Origin: an uncultured Candidatus Binatia bacterium
GTDB taxonomy: Bacteria > Desulfobacterota > Binatia > UBA9968 > JAJDTQ01
Assembly: GCA_965219905.1 (NCBI GenBank)
Contig: CBDCOS010000002.1
Coordinates: 2,076,625-2,140,624 of the forward strand
DNA length: 64,000 nt
Reading direction: 5' to 3'
In this document: one piece after another, positions 57,284 through 64,000 of the stretch
How the letters are laid out: the number at the start of each line of letters is the position of its first letter
Numbering within the stretch: the first letter of the stretch is position 1
Translations under genes and position numbers: made by a program
The notes under the pieces: model-generated
Told to the model about the DNA's origin: nothing
Seen by the model: the letters and a program-made list of their open reading frames with translations, nothing else
Databases searched by the model: none

Positions 57284-57424
57284 TTGTAGAATCCGCGGCA
57301 GCCACGAGCCGGCTGATCATAATGGGTCTCGTTAATCATGACCCTCCTTGCGCCCGCGCGGCGCGTCCGCCCGCCGGTCCGGGGTTCGATCTCCCCCCAC
57401 GCATCGGACCTGGTCGACCTTGCC

Positions 57425-58405
57425 TCACCCCAACGGCACGTCGAGAAACGCGATGAAGGACACCAGCCCGACGAGGGTCACGAAGGTGGCTCCGGCGTAG
57501 TTCAGCGTGGTGTGCAGGACGGCGACGCCCCGGCTACTCCCGGACCGTTCCATGAACCGCGTGGCAGCCTGCCTTGCGAGAATGGCTCCGACTCCCACCA
57601 CGCAGATCGACAGGCCGATGCCGAGCGACATCGCGCCCACGAGCATGAATCCCGGATAGATCATGTCGTTGGCCACCGCGTACAGCATGATCAGTACGGC
57701 TCCCGGGCAGGGGACCATGCCCGCCGCCAGGGCCAAGAGGCCGCCTTCGAGGTTGCCGCCGTCGCCGGGACCGTGATCGTGACCGTGATCGCCGCCAGGA
57801 CCCGCACCATGGCTGTGCGAATCCTCACGACCGTGGTCATGTCCGTCACCGACCGTGACGCCGGAGACCGTACTCCCTGACGTCCGCGCGGCCTGGTACA
57901 GCATGTACAAGCCTATCCCGACGATGATCAGAAAGCTCGCGGCCCGTACGCCGGGCACCTCGGAAAGTCCGATCCCGAAGCCGGCCTTGAGGACAATGTC
58001 CGCCAGCCAGACGATGAGGATGGCCGCGATGACGTGGACGATGGCGACCTGCAAGGCCATCACCACGCCGCGAGCCACCCGCGCTTCCCGGCCCAGGAAG
58101 TACGAGACGATGATGAACTTCCCGTGTCCCGGGCCGAACGCGTGGAAGATGCCATAGGCAAACGCAATGGCGAGGCCGAGGAAGAATGCCCGGAGGTCAT
58201 CACCGCGCTCGATAGCCTTCATGTAGGTCGCGATCTCGGCGTTGGCGCGGCGCTGGAACGCCTTGATGGTTTCGGTGAACGTCGCGAACGTACTGCGGTC
58301 GTCCTCGACGATCTCAATTTCCGGAGTCATGCCCGTCGTCTGGGAAGTCACGGGCTGCGCGGCGGGCAGGATCGCGAGCAATCCGATCACCGTCAGCACC
58401 GGCAA
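57425..58405 (-). CDS. nickel/cobalt efflux permease, NicO/RcnA-like, with His-rich loop
   Basis: 326 aa, TTG start; HAFGPGHGK (RcnA HxxxPGHxK motif), His-rich loop HDHGREDSHSHGAGPGGDHGHDHG, MVPCPGAVLIML (cf. RcnA LIPCPAAITVLL). Confidence 0.75.
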   Translation of the reverse strand: MPVLTVIGLLAILPAAQPVTSQTTGMTPEIEIVEDDRSTFATFTETIKAFQRRANAEIATYMKAIERGDDLRAFFLGLAIAFAYGIFHAFGPGHGKFIIVSYFLGREARVARGVVMALQVAIVHVIAAILIVWLADIVLKAGFGIGLSEVPGVRAASFLIIVGIGLYMLYQAARTSGSTVSGVTVGDGHDHGREDSHSHGAGPGGDHGHDHGPGDGGNLEGGLLALAAGMVPCPGAVLIMLYAVANDMIYPGFMLVGAMSLGIGLSICVVGVGAILARQAATRFMERSGSSRGVAVLHTTLNYAGATFVTLVGLVSFIAFLDVPLG

Positions 58406-58409
58406 CGCG

Positions 58410-60392
58410 ATTGCGGTAGGGACGCCGGTTGCCCGGCGCCCCCCGCGCAGATCCGGACGTGCCCGCTAAGGCATCCGGCTCCTCCCTCGGGTTACGCCGT
58501 CACCCGCGATGACGGCAAATCGTTCGCTCGGCCACGGGTGTCTGATTTTCAGCTTGGGCCAGTGTCGCGCTCTTAGTTGCGCGATCCTGGCCCACTCGAA
58601 GCGGTCCTTTTGCGACCTGCGGCGCAGAATGGAGAGCCACATCCGCTCTAGACGTAGGACGAAGCGATACAGGTACCGGGAGGTCATTGGGACAGCGTAA
58701 TAGTTCAGCCATCCATCCAACACCCTTCCCAGCCATCTCGCCGTGTCCCCGACATTCTCATGCCTTCGTCTGCGTAGTGCCTCCTTGATCCGCTTCAGTG
58801 TCCGGCTCATCCGTTTCGCAACCGGCTTGCGTGCGACCTGAAAGTACCCCCGTCTGGTTCTCGCGCAGTAGTGCGTGAATCCCAGGAAGTCGAAGGTCTC
58901 CGGTCTGCCGTCCCCTCGTTGCCGACGGTCATTCATGGCAGACCGCCCGAACTCGATGAGCCGGGTCTTGTCGGGATGCAATTCCAGTTCGAAGCTTCCG
59001 AACCGCTCCTTCACGGCACTCAGGAAGCGCTCCGCGTCCCGCTTGTGCTGAAAACCCACCACGACGTCGTCGGCGTACCGCAGGATGACGGTGTCGCCTT
59101 TGACCTCGCGGCTGCGCCACTTCTTCTGGAACCACAGGTCGAGGACGTAGTGCAGGTAGACGTTCGCCAAGACCGGTGAAACCACCGAGCCTTGAGGCGT
59201 TCCCCGCAGATTGTCCCGCCACTCTCCAGCTTCCATGACGCCGGCGTTCAACCACTTGATGATGAGCCTGATGACCCGCTTGTCCGCGATGCGGTGTTCC
59301 AGGAACCGGATCAGCCAGTCCCTTGACACGTTGTCGAAGAATGCGTGGATGTCACAGTCCACCACCCAGTTGATCTTGCGCCGTTCGATACCGACCGTGA
59401 GTGCGTCGAGTGCATTATGCGCTCCACGCCCGGGCCGGAACCCGTAGCTGAACCCCAGGAACTCCGCCTCATATATAGGCGTCAGGATTGTCTCCGTCAC
59501 CGCCTTCTGGACTATCTTGTCCTCGATGGCCGCGACGCCGAGCGGTCGTGTGCCGCCATCAGGCTTCGGAATGTTCACCCGCCGTGATGGCGTCGCCCGG
59601 TACGCTCCCGAGTGCACGCGGTCGTGAAGGTCGGCCAGGCGGCCTTCCAGCCCTTCCTCGTACATCCGCCACGTCATGCCGTCCGCGCCTGCCGCAGCGT
59701 CTTTCTTCAATTCGAAGAATGCCCAGCGCAGCGCATCGACTGTGACGTGGTGAAGAAGCGCCGTCAGACGCTCCCGTGGTTCCCGTTGAACGAATTGCCG
59801 TATCCGGTCAGCCGCCTGTGTCACGCTTTCCCGGTCCTGCGCCCGGCGCGTGCTTTGGCTTCCCGGATTCCCCTTGGGCTCGGTCCTTCGCTCCATCGAC
59901 TCCGCCGGAACCGAAGTCCCTTTGTTCGCCGACTTCTCAGCTAATATGACCGAGTCTGACTTCTCCATGCCGTACATCATCGGTTACGGTTTCCCTTTCC
60001 TTTGCGATCCCGCCACGACAGCGGGATGGCATGGAGACCTCCCAGGTCCCGGTGCAGTGCGTACGTACGTGCATGGGTTCTTCGACACCGCGGGATTCCG
60101 GCCCCCCTCACCATATCGGTGGACCGGATACGGCCTTCGGTTGAAGGCAACACCTCGGCATCCCGGATGATCCTTTCTCGGTGCTCAATAGCCCCGCCCG
60201 CACGCGCCCCTGTCAACGCTTGACCTCCGCCCTCACGAGCGGTTGCCCATGACTCGGGGTGGAAGTGGTGGCTAGCCTTCTCCTTCCCGCCGGACTTTCA
60301 CCGGCTGCACTGCACCAGTTAGCCTGGCGCTCGCCCGCCTCGGACTTCGGTTCCTGAGCGGCTGTCCGGCGACCACGGTTCACGCTCCGCAC
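58410..60392 (-). mobile_element. group II intron (ORF-containing, about 1983 nt) inserted at the DUF1007/NicO gene junction
   Basis: 5' GUGCG at 60392; EBS1 UUGAGC (rc of 60186-60191) complementary to upstream exon end GCUCAA; domain V GAGCCGGAUGCC-UUAG-CGGGCACGUCCGGAUC (58481-58450); domain VI with GCAA tetraloop and bulged A 7 nt from 3' end ...CGCAAU (58410). Confidence 0.75.
58466..59980 (-). CDS. group II intron-encoded protein (reverse transcriptase/maturase, no obvious En domain)
   Basis: 504 aa; MMYGMEKSDSVILAEKSANKG N-terminus, RT motifs incl. YADD (RYADDVVVGF), maturase X-like C region; stop codon lies within domain V. Confidence 0.85.
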   Translation of the reverse strand: MMYGMEKSDSVILAEKSANKGTSVPAESMERRTEPKGNPGSQSTRRAQDRESVTQAADRIRQFVQREPRERLTALLHHVTVDALRWAFFELKKDAAAGADGMTWRMYEEGLEGRLADLHDRVHSGAYRATPSRRVNIPKPDGGTRPLGVAAIEDKIVQKAVTETILTPIYEAEFLGFSYGFRPGRGAHNALDALTVGIERRKINWVVDCDIHAFFDNVSRDWLIRFLEHRIADKRVIRLIIKWLNAGVMEAGEWRDNLRGTPQGSVVSPVLANVYLHYVLDLWFQKKWRSREVKGDTVILRYADDVVVGFQHKRDAERFLSAVKERFGSFELELHPDKTRLIEFGRSAMNDRRQRGDGRPETFDFLGFTHYCARTRRGYFQVARKPVAKRMSRTLKRIKEALRRRRHENVGDTARWLGRVLDGWLNYYAVPMTSRYLYRFVLRLERMWLSILRRRSQKDRFEWARIAQLRARHWPKLKIRHPWPSERFAVIAGDGVTRGRSRMP

Positions 60393-60970
60393 TTGAGCGT
60401 AACGGGCCGGGGATGGCCGGCCTGCTCGCCCTTGCCGCGCCCGACCCGAAACTTGCAACCCGGCTTCAGCGCGCCCATCACCCTCAGGAACCTCGACGGG
60501 GCGAAGCCGAAGTCCACCTCGTTCTTGTGATCCAGCAGACTGACGACTACGGGATCTTCACCCGGGTCGGCGGGCGGTGCGACCGGCACGGAGAAATCGA
60601 TGACGAGCCGTTTCTCCACGATCCTCGCCGTGAAGCGATCGATCTCGTGGCCCTCGCGTTTTCCCCCTCCCGCCCACACGTGCACGTGGTAGTCGGACTC
60701 GCCCAGCGGATCGAACATGCCGGCACGGAGCGCCCGCATCTCCGAGCGCACCAAGAAGCCGTCGCCGTCCCGGTCGTAGGACCGGATGGCATGAGAGCTG
60801 TAGTATTCGTCGAACCGCCACGTGAACGCGAGCCCCTTGACCCGGTGGTCCTCCAGCTCGAACGTCATCCACGCCTCGACCCACACGTGAGGATTGGCGC
60901 GCGCCGGCGGCGGCGCCAGTGAGAGGGCGATAAGCAGTGCGGGCAGAATTGTGGTGACGACGTGCAGCAT
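60380..60970 (-). CDS. DUF1007 family periplasmic protein (COG3683; usual partner of NicO/RcnA-type permeases)
   Basis: 196 aa from MLHVVTTILPALLIALSLAPPPARA (signal peptide); alternative start MKGHMPNPRT at about 61002; stop codon TGA lies inside the intron 5' end. Confidence 0.6.
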   Translation of the reverse strand: MLHVVTTILPALLIALSLAPPPARANPHVWVEAWMTFELEDHRVKGLAFTWRFDEYYSSHAIRSYDRDGDGFLVRSEMRALRAGMFDPLGESDYHVHVWAGGGKREGHEIDRFTARIVEKRLVIDFSVPVAPPADPGEDPVVVSLLDHKNEVDFGFAPSRFLRVMGALKPGCKFRVGRGKGEQAGHPRPVTLKCGA

Positions 60971-61017
60971 CGTTCTAGGATTCGGCATGTGACCTTTCAT
61001 GTCAACACGACGGGAGG

Positions 61018-62775
61018 CTACAGCTCGCGCCCTCCCGCCACGCTCCCGCCCAGCCGCCGGGCGAGGACGCTCAAGGCCGTCACCGCCACCACCAGCAGCA
61101 CGGAGAGCGCCGACGAGGTCCCAGGGTTGCCCGTGTCCCACAGGTGCCAGAGGTAGACCGACAGCACCATGCTGTCGGGACCGCGCAGCAGCATGGCGAT
61201 GGACATGACCTTGAAGCTCAGGATCAGGACGAAGAGGAAGCCGTTCACCAGCGCCGGCAGCAGCAGCGGGAACCAGACGAACCGGAGCGTGGTCCAGAAG
61301 CCGGCGCCGCTGCCCCAGGCGGCCTCTTCCAGCTCCTTGTGGACCTGCACCACGGCCGCGTTGGTGAAGCGGGTGCCGATGGGCAGGTAGTTGACGATGT
61401 AGGCCAGCACGATGATCCAGATGGTGTTGTAGAGCGGGTTGGGGAACGACAGGAACACCACCAGGAAGGCGACGCCGATGACCATCCCCGAGACCGCGTA
61501 GGGCAGGAACACCACCACGTCCAGCACCTTCCGGCCGGTGATGTTCGTGCGGTACACGAACCACGAGCACAGGATCGCCAGGAACATGATGGCGATGCTG
61601 CTGATGCCTCCCAGCAAGATCGTGTTGCCGGCGACGTTCAGGAGCGCGGGGGAGGCGAACAGCTCCCAGTAGTTCTCCAGGCTCACGGCCGACAACGCCT
61701 TGAGCGAGGGCGGCCGGTAGTAGGGCAGCAGCGAGCTCCACACGAGGATCAGGAGCGGCAGCACGGCGGCGAAGACGAAGTAGAAGCCGGCGAAGCCCCA
61801 GGCGGGCCACACCCATTTGCCGAGGGGCACCACTCTCGGCCGGTAGCCCTTGCCCACCACCACCGTGTAGCGCTCGGAGTGCCGGAGTTGGCGCTGGTAG
61901 AACAGGATGGCGATCAGGGTCACCACCACCAGGGTCATGCTGTAGGCGAACCCCAGGCCGTAGTCCGGCGGGAAGGCGCCCCGGATCGAGTAGTAGATGG
62001 TGGTGCTGAACACGAAGATGCCCGAGCTGAAGCCCAGGAGCATGGGGATCTCGAAGGCCTCGATGCCGCGCACGAAGAGAAGGATGGCCACTCCCGCCAA
62101 ACCCGGCTTGAGGAGCGGCAGCAGCACCTTGGAGAAGGTGGTCCAGGTGGACGCGCCGCTCCCCAGGGCGGCCTCCTCCAGGGACGGGTCCATGCGCCGG
62201 ATGGTGCCGGCGATGAGCAGAAACGCCAGCGGGCTCATGCTCACGCCCTCGACCCAGATCATGGCCGGCAGGGAGTACGCGCTGAGGATCGGGCCGTCGA
62301 GCCCGAGCCAGCGGCCGAACTGGTTGATGAGGCCGATGCGCGGCGAAAGGAGGAAGATCCACGCGATCCCCTTGACCACCGACGGCATGATCAGCGGGAT
62401 CATCACCATCATGGGGATCGCGTCGCGCCAGCGCATGTCCGTGCGTTCCGCGAGGAACGCCAGGACGCCGCCCATGCACATGGCCAGGATCATGGAGCCG
62501 ATGGCGAACCACAGCGAGTTGAGCAGCATCCGGAAGGTGGCCGGGCTGCTGTAGGCCTCGATGTAGTTGTTCAGGGTCAGCCCCGTGAGACTGAACCCGA
62601 GGTCGCCGATCGAGGCGGCACGAAAGCTGTTGACGACCAGCAGGCCCAGCGGCACCACGACGAGAACGCCGATGACGGCGGCGATGCTCCAGAAGGCCAC
62701 CAACCGGAGATCGACGGCAGGACCCCGGGAGGGCCTTGCGCTGCGCGTGTCGCGCTTGACCGCGGCGCTGTTCAT
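61018..62775 (-). CDS. ABC transporter permease, fused double-domain (FbpB/PotBC-like iron(III)/polyamine type)
   Basis: About 585 aa; two tandem permease domains each with EAA-like loop (LEEAALGSGAS..., LEEAAWGSGAG...). Confidence 0.8.
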   Translation of the reverse strand: MNSAAVKRDTRSARPSRGPAVDLRLVAFWSIAAVIGVLVVVPLGLLVVNSFRAASIGDLGFSLTGLTLNNYIEAYSSPATFRMLLNSLWFAIGSMILAMCMGGVLAFLAERTDMRWRDAIPMMVMIPLIMPSVVKGIAWIFLLSPRIGLINQFGRWLGLDGPILSAYSLPAMIWVEGVSMSPLAFLLIAGTIRRMDPSLEEAALGSGASTWTTFSKVLLPLLKPGLAGVAILLFVRGIEAFEIPMLLGFSSGIFVFSTTIYYSIRGAFPPDYGLGFAYSMTLVVVTLIAILFYQRQLRHSERYTVVVGKGYRPRVVPLGKWVWPAWGFAGFYFVFAAVLPLLILVWSSLLPYYRPPSLKALSAVSLENYWELFASPALLNVAGNTILLGGISSIAIMFLAILCSWFVYRTNITGRKVLDVVVFLPYAVSGMVIGVAFLVVFLSFPNPLYNTIWIIVLAYIVNYLPIGTRFTNAAVVQVHKELEEAAWGSGAGFWTTLRFVWFPLLLPALVNGFLFVLILSFKVMSIAMLLRGPDSMVLSVYLWHLWDTGNPGTSSALSVLLVVAVTALSVLARRLGGSVAGGREL

Positions 62776-62823
62776 GGCTCGACCGGCGGGCCGTGCACCC
62801 CACACGGCCCGCGCGCTACGAGG

Positions 62824-63900
62824 CTACTTGATGCCGAGCAGCCTGAAGAAGAAGTCCTCGGACTTCTTCAGCACGTCCGGCGTGTAGATTTTCGCCGCGG
62901 TATCCGGCTCCACCAGCGCCGCCTTGTCCGCGGTGGCGCCGCCGTCCACCAGGAGCTTGGCCAGCTTGCCGGACTTGGCGTGCTTGTTGACCACGACCTT
63001 GGCGCTCACCACCTGAGTGTACTCGTACTGGCCCTCAGGGGACATGAGGTAGTCGATGAGGAGCCAGGAGCCCGCCGGATTCGGCGCGTCCTTCATGATC
63101 GCATAGGAGCGGAAGGTCATGGGGAACTTCGGGAAGGAGATCATCGCGATGGGCGCACCCTTGGCCTTGAGCCTGGCGTAGGGGCCCAGGGCCGGGAACC
63201 AGAATATGCCCACGTCCCCGGCGGCCACGCGCTTGGTGCCGCCGGAATAGCCGCGGCCGATGGCGGGTTTCTGGTTCTTGACCATCTTGGTGAAGAAATC
63301 GAAGCTCTTCTCCCAGTTGAGCTTTTCGGCGCTGCCCCAGATCCACGCCAGCCGGGAGGGAAACTCTTCGCTGGAACGCGACAGCAGGGCCAGTCCCTTG
63401 TACTTGGCCGAGATCATGTCGTCCCAGTTCTTGGGCGCGTCCTCGGGCTTGACCAAGTCGGTGTTGTAGATGCCCTGGACCCGCGGGTTCATGAAGCCGT
63501 CGACGTACAGCCCGTGCCTGGGCTGGGTGTTGCCGAGCATGTCCTTCATGTGCGGGTAGTCGTAGCCCTTGAGCAGCCCCTTCTGCGCCAGCGACTCGGT
63601 GCCGCTCTCGTCCACCCCCACCATGTCGATGGTGAGCTTGCCGGCCTTGGCCTCCGTCACCACCCGGTTGATGGTCGCCGAGGTGTTGGCGTCGAACGCC
63701 TTGACCTTGAGCCACGGATACTTCTTGCGGAATCCCTTGAGCTTGTCCCGGAACTCCCCGGCGTTGCTGCCGGCCACCACGAACGCCCCTTCCTTCTTGG
63801 CCTTCTCGATCATCTTGGCGCGGAGGTCGTCCATCGCGAGGGCGGAGCCCGCGAACGCGACGAGCGCTACCAGACTGGTGAATGCCAACAGTTTCTTCAT
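62824..63900 (-). CDS. ABC transporter substrate-binding protein (PotD/FbpA-like, SBP family 1)
   Basis: RBS CCAAGGAGG then ATG; signal peptide MKKLLAFTSLVALVAFAGSALA. Confidence 0.75.
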   Translation of the reverse strand: MKKLLAFTSLVALVAFAGSALAMDDLRAKMIEKAKKEGAFVVAGSNAGEFRDKLKGFRKKYPWLKVKAFDANTSATINRVVTEAKAGKLTIDMVGVDESGTESLAQKGLLKGYDYPHMKDMLGNTQPRHGLYVDGFMNPRVQGIYNTDLVKPEDAPKNWDDMISAKYKGLALLSRSSEEFPSRLAWIWGSAEKLNWEKSFDFFTKMVKNQKPAIGRGYSGGTKRVAAGDVGIFWFPALGPYARLKAKGAPIAMISFPKFPMTFRSYAIMKDAPNPAGSWLLIDYLMSPEGQYEYTQVVSAKVVVNKHAKSGKLAKLLVDGGATADKAALVEPDTAAKIYTPDVLKKSEDFFFRLLGIK

Positions 63901-64000
63901 TGTGTCCTCCTTGGATAGGTTCTGTTGTGACTCTACGTTCAATCGCACGGCACCTGCCGCTCCAGCAACACCTCGCGGTTCTCGGCCGAGGACTCGATCA

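Noticed and set aside
60199-60203. Alternative GUGCG candidate for the intron 5' end
   Set aside because: It would leave only about 220 nt for domains I-III before the intron-encoded protein ORF. The GUGCG at 60392 is supported by perfect EBS1-IBS1 pairing (UUGAGC / GCUCAA).
60380-62803. 807-aa ORF on the minus strand
   Set aside because: Gly/Arg/Pro-rich translation of the wrong frame over the real fused permease gene (61018-62775). Only its C-terminal 196 codons (the DUF1007 protein) are a genuine gene.
1-64000. CRISPR arrays, rRNA and tRNA genes
   Set aside because: No short regularly spaced direct repeats, no rRNA-like conserved stretches and no cloverleaf-compatible intergenic segments were seen. 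Intergenic spacers are short and occupied by REPs and terminators. A tRNA scan was not run, so a missed tRNA cannot be fully excluded.

Overview
High-GC (~66-68%) bacterial accessory/catabolic region, densely coded on both strands. No rRNA, tRNA or CRISPR arrays were recognised.

Gene content:
- Two DppA/OppA-type peptide/opine ABC uptake operons (30-5501 and 16200-21791) and a TctBAC tripartite tricarboxylate transporter (21781-24740).
- A GntR-regulated enolase-superfamily plus lactonase cluster (12925-16076).
- A cluster of tandemly duplicated alpha/beta (MhpC-like) hydrolases, cupin, VOC, acyl-CoA dehydrogenase, an orphan HisD-like dehydrogenase, SDR and cyclase (5695-12857).
- Many paralogous enzymes: four amidohydrolase-2 (ACMSD/LigJ-like) genes, two SDRs and two D-2-hydroxyacid dehydrogenases.
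- Also an RraA/HMG-aldolase-like protein, a Rieske oxygenase, a class II aldolase, an amidase, an M24 peptidase, a dienelactone hydrolase, a 5S-type carboxyltransferase without a biotin domain, and pgi.

Mobile and selfish elements:
- Two type II toxin-antitoxin modules (Phd/ParE and VapBC), each with a recognisable promoter plus palindromic operator.
- A REP-associated tyrosine transposase (RAYT) flanked by a family of GGGGCGACCGSCGGTCGCCCC palindromic REP elements that are scattered through the window. Two REP-like cores sit in-frame inside the RAYT gene itself.
- A complete ORF-containing group II intron (about 1.98 kb, minus strand, 58410-60392).

Most notable locus:
- A PotD/PotBC/PotA-like ABC importer operon carries a DUF1007 gene and a RcnA/NicO-like His-rich metal permease between its permease and ATPase genes.
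- The group II intron lies exactly at the DUF1007/NicO junction. EBS1-IBS1 pairing is 6/6, the 5' end is GUGCG, and domains V and VI are recognisable.
- Precise splicing is predicted to fuse the two ORFs in frame.

Other observations:
- pgi and a lipoprotein S9 peptidase both have conserved N-terminal sequence encoded upstream of their first canonical start codon; the peptidase also carries an apparent frameshift.
- A promoter-leader-terminator attenuator-like arrangement precedes a NYN-domain gene.
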